A DNA stretch of 28,040 bases from a virus (Duplodnaviria; Caudoviricetes). This document shows positions 19,674-27,703 of this stretch, in pieces. Positions within the stretch are counted from its first letter, which is position 1; every line of letters begins with the position of its first letter. The notes under the pieces are model-generated. The model ran no database searches, was not told the DNA's origin, and worked only from the letters and a program-made list of their open reading frames with translations. The stretch spans positions 1 to 28,040 of IMG/VR virus record IMGVR_UViG_3300038427_000030. The stretch is one strand, 5' to 3'. The translations under genes and the position numbers were made by a program.

Positions 19674-20953
19674 ACGGGAAGCTCCTCTAATTGGCCCGCC
19701 AAAAATACACCATACACTTGACCCTGGCCTGTAATGAGAAAGTCCACGGCATCGGTCAGCATCGGGTCTATCCGGAATGGCTGGTTATCAGCTACAACAA
19801 CCGCGATCGTGTAGGGTATGTCCGGATAGATGATGGAAAGATTCACGGGATAGTTTTCAGCCAGCACCTTCCCGCATGTAAAGGACGTTTGCTTAAATCT
19901 GTTCCGCTTCGACAGGTAAGTATAATTCCGGTAGCTGCCCGCGGTATTTGAAAAGGCAATAATATTGCCCGTGCCTGGCGTGACGGCATAAGTCGTGAAG
20001 GAAAATTGAAGAGTGCATGACGTACTGCCCGCGAGATTATTTGCTACCACGCTCCATGTATAGGAAGTGTTCAACGTAAGGCCGGAATAGGCGTAGGTAG
20101 TGCCAGCCTGGCCGGAGCTTACCTTTACACCATTGAGGTACACATCATAGGTCGTCGCACCTAAAGAAGCTCCCCATACCAGCGTACCGGCCAAAGGTTG
20201 ATTGATGGCATTGTTCGTCGGGAAATATAAAGAGAATGGACCTGGTGCGGCCGGTAAGCCCGTTGTGAAAGAAAAGATATTATTGCATGTCGTATTTCCG
20301 GCGCCGTTCGTCGCCACGACCTTCCAGTAATAGGTTGTGTTGTAAGATAGCCCGCTATAGCTGTAAGAGGTACCTGCTTGAGCTGCGCTTACCTTTGTCG
20401 TCGGCGGGTTATTCGTGTCCATATACACGTCATAGGTCGTCGCATTATCGGCGCTGTTCCATGTAAGCGTACCCGACAAGGACCGGCCGGTTGACCCGTT
20501 CGTGGGGTATGTTAGGTCGAATGACCCTGGCGGGGATGGCGGTACATAGGGAGTATAGTAAACGGTTATGGTGACAGCGGAGCATGACCAGTAATATGAT
20601 ATTTGATCGTCGCCGTTAAAGCAAAAAGTGTCAACACCGAAACCGCTACTGTTAATATCGTCAGCGGTCCAGGCGCCTCCCCACAGATCGGAAGAACTAC
20701 CGTAAGAGATACCAGGGGCAAAGCCTACATTTGATTCCCAATTTGCAAAGTCAGCACCGGACTTCATTAAGCGGGCGTAGAAAGGCGATAGGTTTGACCA
20801 CGCAAATGGATTGCTATATGTGACTACAATACCGTTGATCGTCGCGCCGGCAGGGATAGAAAAACCGAAACCCGTTTTTTGCTCATAATCCCACTCGAAG
20901 GGAGCAACGGAAACTCCCCAGCCGGTCGATACTGTTTTGCTTTGGTTCGCCAT
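19670..20953 (-). CDS. Beta-sandwich domain plus two FN3 domains fused to a nozzle-type C-terminal domain
   Basis: N-terminal GFSIPAGATINGI...DLWG..WT..DINSSGFGV domain; two homologous FN3 units sharing ATTYDVY and FSFTT; C-terminal YTYLSKR...KVLAENYPV...PFRI...VFLAGQLEEL. Confidence 0.75.
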   Translation of the reverse strand: MANQSKTVSTGWGVSVAPFEWDYEQKTGFGFSIPAGATINGIVVTYSNPFAWSNLSPFYARLMKSGADFANWESNVGFAPGISYGSSSDLWGGAWTADDINSSGFGVDTFCFNGDDQISYYWSCSAVTITVYYTPYVPPSPPGSFDLTYPTNGSTGRSLSGTLTWNSADNATTYDVYMDTNNPPTTKVSAAQAGTSYSYSGLSYNTTYYWKVVATNGAGNTTCNNIFSFTTGLPAAPGPFSLYFPTNNAINQPLAGTLVWGASLGATTYDVYLNGVKVSSGQAGTTYAYSGLTLNTSYTWSVVANNLAGSTSCTLQFSFTTYAVTPGTGNIIAFSNTAGSYRNYTYLSKRNRFKQTSFTCGKVLAENYPVNLSIIYPDIPYTIAVVVADNQPFRIDPMLTDAVDFLITGQGQVYGVFLAGQLEELPV

Positions 20954-20956
20954 AAT

Positions 20957-22279
20957 TTACTCTTGCAAAAAGAGAATACCCGCGGTTTTATCGTAGAAAC
21001 CCGCCGTCGCGTAGAAATCCAGGTCGAATAAATCACCTGTCTTGAAATCATATACGAAGCCGCCATTGACGCCGCCGCTCGTATAAAAGGCGACATACTT
21101 CCCGTTCCAGTAAAAAGCCGAAATAGTGCTCGGGTTATAAAGTGCGTTCCACTGATCGCGTGTCATTATTTTTGCCGTCACAACCTCGCGCACTTGCGGG
21201 CCGATTACTACCAGGCCTTCCGGTGAAGGGTACGCAACCATCTCTCCGGCCTGGATAACACCGCGCTTTGACATACAGGAAAACCCTATATCCATTTTTT
21301 CCATGACCATGTTTGAGGGGTCGTTGCCGACAAGAAGATAGGGCTGTCCTTCTGTAAGAACAACGATCGTACTTCCAAAAGCGCCCAGGGCAATTATCGG
21401 CCGGTCCACGGCTTGCTGATAGCTCGCGGGCCAGGCGTGAGGATAATAGGGAACGGAAAGGCATACCAGGTTACCGACGAAACCGGCCAGCACTCCGTTA
21501 GGAAGCGAGATCAATCCCGCAAGGCCCGTCGGGGCCCCATCCCATTCCAGGCTCGGGAGCTCTTCGGCCAGGTCGGCATCGAGAATCGTATCAACATAGC
21601 TTGTGGTTCCGAAGGCCACTTCATCGACGTACTGATAGATCGCCGTGCCGGATGAGGTTTGGTTAAGCCTGTAAATCCTTACCGTCGTAACATTAAAGAG
21701 TGGGTCAAGCGCTCCGGCTGAAATGTTGGTGATCGTTATTGAGTTGCCATCATAGACGTCGATCTCATTCGACGCATACGAAGGCGGGCCCTCGTCACCA
21801 TATCCATTCACATAGGTATAAACATAGGCTTTAGTTTCAAGCAGGGTCGGGTCCGTTCCGCTTGCCGTTCCGGTAATCACCGGCGCAGTGCTCGGCGCGG
21901 GCGGGCATGGCCAGCGGTATTGCATCGGATATTGAGTACCTCCACTCTTAAAGAGGTCCTTATCCGTAACCTTAAAAAGTCCGGACTCCGTGTAATACAC
22001 CCTCGAATATGCGTCATTAGGCAACGGGGCCGTCACGGCGTCAACATCGGTTGTCCAGGCGAAAAAATACTCGTTGCTATCGTAGTTATTGTAATACCGG
22101 TAAAGCGATACAGTGCCCGCCTTCACAGCCGCTTGCATCACCGTGTCGGAAAGATAAGGCGTAACGCCGTACTCATCAAAACGGCAATCAATCGCTGCCT
22201 GGCTTTTACCGTCCGGTAAGAAGGCTGGGTCATGGATAGCCGGTACCTTCCCGCCGAATTTTGTAAGTTGAATGAGCAT
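20957..22279 (-). CDS. Tail nozzle/stabilisation protein (beta-propeller), N-terminal part
   Basis: MLIQLTKFGGKVP start, YVYTYVNGYGDEGPPS, LPNGVLAGF, PYYPHAWP, CMSKRG..YPSPEGLV motifs typical of podoviral nozzle proteins that follow the adaptor. Confidence 0.8.
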   Translation of the reverse strand: MLIQLTKFGGKVPAIHDPAFLPDGKSQAAIDCRFDEYGVTPYLSDTVMQAAVKAGTVSLYRYYNNYDSNEYFFAWTTDVDAVTAPLPNDAYSRVYYTESGLFKVTDKDLFKSGGTQYPMQYRWPCPPAPSTAPVITGTASGTDPTLLETKAYVYTYVNGYGDEGPPSYASNEIDVYDGNSITITNISAGALDPLFNVTTVRIYRLNQTSSGTAIYQYVDEVAFGTTSYVDTILDADLAEELPSLEWDGAPTGLAGLISLPNGVLAGFVGNLVCLSVPYYPHAWPASYQQAVDRPIIALGAFGSTIVVLTEGQPYLLVGNDPSNMVMEKMDIGFSCMSKRGVIQAGEMVAYPSPEGLVVIGPQVREVVTAKIMTRDQWNALYNPSTISAFYWNGKYVAFYTSGGVNGGFVYDFKTGDLFDLDFYATAGFYDKTAGILFLQE

Positions 22280-22282
22280 AAT

Positions 22283-22960
22283 TTATTCTGTCTTTTCTCC
22301 TGTGGCCTCTTGCTTGCGTTCGGTTTTCATTTCCACTGCCGTCTTAATGCCCAGGTTACTCGTAAACTTATTAAGAAACACGCCGGCCTTCTGCATAGCA
22401 CCAGGGATTGTCGTCGATTCAGCGAGTGCCCGAAAGATTAGATAATCTACCGCAGCCGGCACATACGACGCATCCAGCGGATACTCGTCGCTGGGGTCAA
22501 CAATCTTATCCGGCATTTCTGCCTGGATGAGTTTCAGTTTTGGCATGGGGTTTGTAACGGCGATCGGCGGCACTGTGTAATAGTATTTAGGATTGCGGGA
22601 ATCTATCATAGAGAACAAAACAACACTGCCAGGCGTGTATGTCTGCCAATCGGGAACAAGTGTGTCAACCGCTTCTTTTTTCAAAACGGGAACTGATGGG
22701 CCAGGCGTAAGGCCGTCGGTACCCATGTTGCAGATAATATCAAGAAGCTCGATAGCGTTATCGTCGAGCGATTGCACGGGCCCGCCCATGAGGGTAACTG
22801 TTTTAGTTACGGGATATGCCTCGGGTTTGTAATTGCAGATCTCATAGATGGCAAGGTTCAGATATGGTATCATCACGGAAGATGGCCATGTCTGCCCCGC
22901 TACGTCGTGAAGCTGCCTGTTGGCAAGCGCGAAAATGTCAGAACATAAAATAGTAGGCAT
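22283..22960 (-). CDS. Head-tail adaptor protein (DUF6682-like)
   Basis: LHD...TW....IPYLNLA..EI..KPEA N-terminus and AVDYLIFRAL C-terminal helix; GGGAGGGAG RBS. Confidence 0.75.
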   Translation of the reverse strand: MPTILCSDIFALANRQLHDVAGQTWPSSVMIPYLNLAIYEICNYKPEAYPVTKTVTLMGGPVQSLDDNAIELLDIICNMGTDGLTPGPSVPVLKKEAVDTLVPDWQTYTPGSVVLFSMIDSRNPKYYYTVPPIAVTNPMPKLKLIQAEMPDKIVDPSDEYPLDASYVPAAVDYLIFRALAESTTIPGAMQKAGVFLNKFTSNLGIKTAVEMKTERKQEATGEKTE

Positions 22961-22973
22961 ACTCCCTCCCTGT

Positions 22974-23930
22974 TTAGAGGTAGTCGCCGCGCTTTACTCT
23001 CCTTGTATTTGGAATAAGGCTTATCCTCGCATCCAGCAAAGTATCAACTTCTCGATTTACAAGAACGGCCATATCTTTATCGGCCTCGGGAACTGATACG
23101 CCTTTCAAAATTATTCTAACAACACCCTCTCGGAACACTTCGTCAAAAAATCCGTTCCAGGGTATTATGTCTGTAGGAAAAGCAAAGTGCGACAAAGCGG
23201 CAAAATATCTGCCGGTAATTTTAACGCTTACAATGACCTTCGGCCGGATATAAAACGTCGTGCCGATGATCTTGTAAGAGTTCGGCCTGGGGCATGGAAG
23301 CTCCGAGGTATCTCCCCAAAGCCCGTACCATTCCCACCAGGAATACTCATCATGTTCATCATCATTGAGATAGCGCGGGCGCAGCTTCCGGACCCTGTAA
23401 TCTGTCGTGTCAAGCGGCATGTCGGTGGGAACTATGAGAATATAAGCTCCCGCGGAAAGGCTCATGCCGGCCGTCGCAACAAGCGTCTGTGTTACGTTTC
23501 CTACCGTAAGCGACGTCGTGGAAGAGCCGATAACCTGTGCATAACTTCCAGGCACCGCGACGGTCGCTATATCCCATGATGCCAGGGTATCCGTGCCCGC
23601 CGATTGATTGACGTTTACCACCAATGCTCCGGTCGTCGAGTTATACGAAAACACCGTGCCGGCCATCCAATCCGTGTAAAGGTCCTGAGAGTTCGGCTTT
23701 TCTGCCAGTGCCACGAAATCAGAAGGCAGAGGGGCCGAGTAGCCCATGGCCGGTATTACCAGGTCCAGGTCACCGGATGCGATCAGATCTGAATGACGGT
23801 ACAGGAGCCGCTTGTTAATCATGCTCTGTACCGAGTTTGCCGCCTGGTATATGGTAATCCCGCTTTGCTTCTCCATACGGCCAACACGCGGGAGTACGTC
23901 GATTGTCAAACCCGCCATTGTATAGGACAT
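22974..23930 (-). CDS. Second adaptor-like protein with an inserted beta domain
   Basis: YSAPLPSDF, PRPNSYKIIGTTFYIRP, IPWNGFFDEVFREGV adaptor-like motifs, interrupted by a Thr/Ser-rich insert. Confidence 0.6.
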   Translation of the reverse strand: MSYTMAGLTIDVLPRVGRMEKQSGITIYQAANSVQSMINKRLLYRHSDLIASGDLDLVIPAMGYSAPLPSDFVALAEKPNSQDLYTDWMAGTVFSYNSTTGALVVNVNQSAGTDTLASWDIATVAVPGSYAQVIGSSTTSLTVGNVTQTLVATAGMSLSAGAYILIVPTDMPLDTTDYRVRKLRPRYLNDDEHDEYSWWEWYGLWGDTSELPCPRPNSYKIIGTTFYIRPKVIVSVKITGRYFAALSHFAFPTDIIPWNGFFDEVFREGVVRIILKGVSVPEADKDMAVLVNREVDTLLDARISLIPNTRRVKRGDYL

Positions 23931-23933
23931 GGG

Positions 23934-24191
23934 TTACGCTCCTTGTTGTTCACCCGTAAACGCATCGTCAACCTGACGGGCTTTCGCTACTGCCGGCTTT
24001 GGTTTGGGAACGTACTGCCTAAAATTAGAATTGGCGACAAGATACTCCACGATCTCGTCCTTCTGTACCTCGCACACGTTCGCCTTCTTATCCCCGCCCG
24101 TCAATTCCGGATGCGGCTTAAACACATATCTCATCCCACCGATATGCTGCTCGGTAGGTCCATCTCTTTTGATAAGACATTCTATAAGCAT
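23934..24191 (-). CDS. Small hypothetical protein following the cement gene
   Basis: AAGGAGGA RBS; MLIEC..KR.G.T....YVFKP...VCEV pattern. Confidence 0.7.
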   Translation of the reverse strand: MLIECLIKRDGPTEQHIGGMRYVFKPHPELTGGDKKANVCEVQKDEIVEYLVANSNFRQYVPKPKPAVAKARQVDDAFTGEQQGA

Positions 24192-24213
24192 CGTGCTTCC
24201 TCCTTCACGTTTT

Positions 24214-24254
24214 TAGAGAAAGAAGGGGCAAGGGGCACTTGCCCCCTATCTCTA
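24214..24254 (-). terminator. GC-rich hairpin/probable intrinsic terminator after the cement gene
   Basis: mRNA GGGGCAAG-UGCCC-CUUGCCCC-UUCUUU, extendable by an outer UAGAGA/UCUCUA pairing. Confidence 0.65.
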
Positions 24255-24275
24255 CTATTTACTTCACAAACCCGC

Positions 24276-24809
24276 TTAGACGTTTCCGAAATCGAACTCT
24301 ACGCCCAGCGTGATATTTCCGGCCACGGCATTACCGACAGCCGCCGTAATACCAACGGCTATAATCCGATGGTAATTGCTTGTTCCCTGAGCCTGGAGAT
24401 AAGCCAGGGCTGAATCGAATACACGGCCGCCGGCCCTGCCGATCGTTGATGCCGTGAGCATGTTCAAACCGGTAACAAGCGCCGGCACAACACCGGCATC
24501 CAGGCCAGGAACGGTAACGCCGCCGTCAGTGTAGCCACCGCCGACGTTGCTTGCCGATGCAACCTGGTGGTTGTAATAACTGTTCAAAATGCCGACGGCC
24601 AGGGTCATTGTATTACCGGTATCCAGCGCACCGGCTTCCAGGAAAAAGGCCACGGCGTTGCAAAGCGCGGGAAACGGAATCATAGCTATGATATTACCGT
24701 TCACCAAGGTTGCCGCGGCTATCGCGTAATTTCTAATATCCCATCTTGCCCCAGGAACAGGAGCCAGCGGGGGTTTAGTGTAAAGATCAGGCGCAATAGT
24801 TAAAGCCAT
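24276..24809 (-). CDS. Capsid cement/decoration protein
   Basis: Directly after the MCP; jelly-roll-like pattern IIAMIPFPA...LDTG..MTLAVGI...IIAVGITAA...GNITLGVEF. Confidence 0.7.
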   Translation of the reverse strand: MALTIAPDLYTKPPLAPVPGARWDIRNYAIAAATLVNGNIIAMIPFPALCNAVAFFLEAGALDTGNTMTLAVGILNSYYNHQVASASNVGGGYTDGGVTVPGLDAGVVPALVTGLNMLTASTIGRAGGRVFDSALAYLQAQGTSNYHRIIAVGITAAVGNAVAGNITLGVEFDFGNV

Positions 24810-24838
24810 AACATATCCTCCTTTTCAATTTGTACCGA

Positions 24839-24854
24839 GGGGCATTTCTACCCC
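24839..24854 (-). promoter_or_regulatory. GNRA-tetraloop hairpin right after the MCP stop (mRNA stabiliser or weak terminator)
   Basis: mRNA GGGGUA-GAAA-UGCCCC; no U-tract. Confidence 0.5.
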
Positions 24855-24859
24855 GTGGG

Positions 24860-25978
24860 TTATGGTTTCGTTGCGGCTGTGTCAATAACGACCACGCCGA
24901 AGTCGATTCCGTTAAACGTCGCCTTCTTGAAACCCCAAATCGTATGAGTTGAAATAACGACGCGGTTATTGTTGTCGCGGCCTTCCTCAAACCAGCCGAA
25001 CCGTAGGTCCTGGCCAGGTGAGCCAAAGGCGATTACGCCGGCCTGTAACCCCAGGAACAGGGCACGGGCCGCACCGACGTTAGCGCCGGCACCGTAATTA
25101 CTGAACTGGATTACCGCCGGATGCTTCTGCAACACGACGTTATTCCAAATTCCCATGCCGCCCTTCATAAACTCGGATTCCTTGCCTATTGCCGTGGCGA
25201 TCGCCTTCTGAATATCAGCCCAATCGTTTGTCGTGGTATTCCGGCGAAGGTTGTACGCTTGCCACTCGTTCATGATGCAGAGGAACATTTCTTCCCCGTC
25301 AATGTCGCACCGCTGGAGCTGCGGGGTTTCCGCGTAGGCCGGCCCGCCGCCGCCCATCATTCCGGCATAGGCTACCGCTTTGTCGATCGGGGCCGTTGTC
25401 ATGGTATCCGTGGTTACCATGGTAGCCGAGGAAGTGGCTGCGCCGCCGTAAACGATATGCGCTGAATCCGGAGTAGTGAGGGAATTATTCGCAAACCCCG
25501 TATAGGTTGTCGGATACAGGAAGGTCCTGTCTGTATCCACACCGCGGGCGCCCGACAGGTACATGAAGATGAGCTCGTCGAATACCCGCGCCCACCAATC
25601 GGTTGACCTTGCTTTCGCAATCTTGCGAAGGTCGTGGAGAGTTCTCTTGCGGGTCATTCTGCCGCCGCAATCAGCGCCGCCGCGCATCTGATCGATGTAA
25701 ACGACGTCTGTAAAGAACTCCAATTTTTCCTCTTTGCCGTGCAGTTCTTTATCGCCTTCTATCGGCTGCATATTGAGCTGCATGGACAAATCGTAAGTGA
25801 TCTGCTCGCCGGCATCTAATTCCAGGTCCGTGAGCTGCTGGATAGGTCGAGTTGGTACCTCGCCCTTACTCATGTACTTTCGGGTAAAATAACCTTTTCT
25901 TCCGACGTCCACCGCGAGATTACCCGAGTATCTCTTGACGGCCTTGGCGTCGTTCATACCTACGATCGTCTGTGCCAT
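24860..25978 (-). CDS. Major capsid protein, N4-gp56/DUF4043 type
   Basis: DAKAVKRYS, PIQQLTDLE..AGEQITYDL, LHGKEEKL, VYIDQMR, RKRTLHDLR..A, ARALFLG.QA, DFGVVVIDTA; AAGGAGGA RBS. Confidence 0.92.
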   Translation of the reverse strand: MAQTIVGMNDAKAVKRYSGNLAVDVGRKGYFTRKYMSKGEVPTRPIQQLTDLELDAGEQITYDLSMQLNMQPIEGDKELHGKEEKLEFFTDVVYIDQMRGGADCGGRMTRKRTLHDLRKIAKARSTDWWARVFDELIFMYLSGARGVDTDRTFLYPTTYTGFANNSLTTPDSAHIVYGGAATSSATMVTTDTMTTAPIDKAVAYAGMMGGGGPAYAETPQLQRCDIDGEEMFLCIMNEWQAYNLRRNTTTNDWADIQKAIATAIGKESEFMKGGMGIWNNVVLQKHPAVIQFSNYGAGANVGAARALFLGLQAGVIAFGSPGQDLRFGWFEEGRDNNNRVVISTHTIWGFKKATFNGIDFGVVVIDTAATKP

Positions 25979-25984
25979 AAGATA

Positions 25985-26036
25985 ATCCTCCTTCTTTTAT
26001 TGACCGTCCTGGGTCGGGTTCATTTAGTTATCCTGT
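25985..26036 (-). promoter_or_regulatory. Candidate CsrA-type binding sites in the MCP leader
   Basis: ACAGGAU (26036-26030), hairpin GACC-CAGGAC-GGUC (26015-26002) and SD AAGGAGGAU (25993-25985). Confidence 0.5.
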
Positions 26037-26234
26037 AAATGGCTTTGGATTGCCCATTTCAACCTGTCGGCTGTGTTTAATATCAATGGACCTATCCGCA
26101 GCGATTTTCAGCACCACTTGACTTTTTCCCGCTTTTTCCACTAATATTACGGAGATGTTTTTTGCGGTTTCTGCCTTATTGTTTAGGTCAAAAATCAATT
26201 CATCCCCAACTCTTAAAATTTTGATGAGCGCCAT
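26028..26234 (-). CDS. CsrA/RsmA-like small RNA-binding protein
   Basis: LIKILRVGDELIF...ISVILVEKAGKSQVVLKIAADRSIDIKH aligns by eye to CsrA [41 protein letters not shown], with a ~9-aa loop insertion. Confidence 0.7.
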   Translation of the reverse strand: MALIKILRVGDELIFDLNNKAETAKNISVILVEKAGKSQVVLKIAADRSIDIKHSRQVEMGNPKPFTG

Positions 26235-26238
26235 GGCC

Positions 26239-27312
26239 CTATCCTCTCCGTCCTGGTCGTGAATCGTCGAGATATGCGTTTCTCATCCGTGCCGGCAATC
26301 TTGCCAGCGCTTCTTCGTAAGCCTCGCCGGTCAGCTTATCGAGTTCGTCAAAGGCGCCCGACGTTTCATTCACTGCCGACGCCGGTATGTCAGCGAGGGT
26401 TTGATCGTCTGGTAACTTAGCCGGCGGTTTCGCCGGTGGCGCCGCTGGGCCCGCCGGAGCTGCCGCTGCCGGCTTTATCCCAAAGGCATCCTTGACGGCC
26501 TTATCGGCCTCGATCAAGAGCTGCATACCGCTAAAATTCGCGTTTTTAGGGTCAGCACTGATCGTTGAAACGGCTTCCCTCAATGCACCCATGAGGGTCT
26601 TGCTCTTCAAGTTATGAACGAATTTGCCATCGGCCTTTTTATCTCCGAGGTATTCCGTCCTGGCATTGAGAAAGTATTGTTGCTCCTTCCTCCATACGAG
26701 ATCTTCACGGGCTGCGTCACGGGCCGCCTGGCGCTGGTCCGTTATCGTATCCCTGATTTCGTCGCGCTGTTTGTTGTAATCCGCTCGTTGAATCTCGCCG
26801 GTATCCAATTTAGCCTCGAGATCATCGAGCTTTGCCTGGAGTTCAGCCGGCGGTTTATATTCAACCACGATCTCGGATGCTGAAATTACCGGCTCAAAGT
26901 CGAGCAAATCATCATCCGTGAGCTGGCCCGCCGGAGCTGGGGCCGGCGTAACCTCCACAGCCACAACCGCCGCAGCCTTCTCGGTCTTTAGCTGTTCGAC
27001 GGTTATGCCCTTTGCCTTTGCCTCGTCCTCGAGGGCTTTAGCGTCGGCCGCTTCCTTTTCCGCTTTCAGCCGTAAGGCCTTAGCCTCTTCCGTTTCCTCA
27101 CCCGCTGCGATCGCGGCAAGTTGCTCCGGAGTAAGCTCTGTCTTTTCGTCGTCACCGCCCCTGGCCGAATCCAGGATACCTTCGAGCTCATCTTTCGACA
27201 GGTCCTTCAATTCGTCGGCAGTGTAGCCGGCTTCGGCAAGGATCTTCCAATTCTCCAGGGTAACTTCCTGGTCCACTAAAACATCGGGAACTTCCTTAAT
27301 TTCCTCTGCCAT
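26239..27312 (-). CDS. Capsid scaffolding protein
   Basis: Acidic helical protein upstream of the MCP; C-terminal PAKLP..QTLADIPAS...FDELDKLTGEAYEEALARL; AAGGAGGT RBS. Confidence 0.8.
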   Translation of the reverse strand: MAEEIKEVPDVLVDQEVTLENWKILAEAGYTADELKDLSKDELEGILDSARGGDDEKTELTPEQLAAIAAGEETEEAKALRLKAEKEAADAKALEDEAKAKGITVEQLKTEKAAAVVAVEVTPAPAPAGQLTDDDLLDFEPVISASEIVVEYKPPAELQAKLDDLEAKLDTGEIQRADYNKQRDEIRDTITDQRQAARDAAREDLVWRKEQQYFLNARTEYLGDKKADGKFVHNLKSKTLMGALREAVSTISADPKNANFSGMQLLIEADKAVKDAFGIKPAAAAPAGPAAPPAKPPAKLPDDQTLADIPASAVNETSGAFDELDKLTGEAYEEALARLPARMRNAYLDDSRPGRRG

Positions 27313-27340
27313 TTCCTATGACCTCCTTATTTCGTTGATG

Positions 27341-27448
27341 ATCAGGGCAAAGAAAAAGGGCGGTAGTAGATGAGTAGGCACCTACTTGCCGCCCTTCGTC
27401 TTTCTATTCGTCGCTCTCAGACCGGCCGATCTTCAAGCAAACCCTGAT
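27341..27448 (-). ncRNA. Predicted structured RNA (three-way junction) containing a terminator-like hairpin; family not identified
   Basis: Closing stem AUCAGGG/CCCUGAU; P2 UUGCU-UGA-AGAUC-GGCC-GGUCU-GAG-AGCGA; P3 AAGGGCGG-CA-AGUAGGUG-CCUACU-CAUCUACU-A-CCGCCCUU followed by UUUCUUU. Confidence 0.65.
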
Positions 27449-27458
27449 TTTAACGTAT

Positions 27459-27692
27459 TTAACTCGTACCTAATTCAACCAGCTTCGCAGCCTCGGCCTG
27501 ATTCGTTTTATTCCGTTCAAGCTCCCTGGCCGCCCATGCCTTCGCTCGTTTCATGCGCTCGGGGTCAGCCTTCACGGCTTCCGCTCGCGCTATGGCCTCG
27601 GCATCGGCCCTGGCTTGCCAATCCTCTTCGCTGTAAGGAGCACTCAAAACACTCTTCCGCTTTTTTTTCTTTTTCTCTCCCGTGATTCTCAT
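27459..27692 (-). CDS. Small helical hypothetical protein
   Basis: GGAAGG RBS; basic N-terminus, then EEDWQARADAEAIARAEAVKADPERMKRA. Confidence 0.7.
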   Translation of the reverse strand: MRITGEKKKKKRKSVLSAPYSEEDWQARADAEAIARAEAVKADPERMKRAKAWAARELERNKTNQAEAAKLVELGTS

Positions 27693-27703
27693 AGGGCACC
27701 TTC

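Noticed and set aside
20954-20959. Genome-wide stop-codon reassignment
   Set aside because: TAA, TAG and TGA all end well-delimited genes, and coding density is already near complete under the standard bacterial code.
27655-27680. A-AAA-AAG slippery heptamer in the poly-Lys run of the 77-aa gene
   Set aside because: The -1 frame gives a short, non-protein-like product, while the zero frame carries the protein-like motif.
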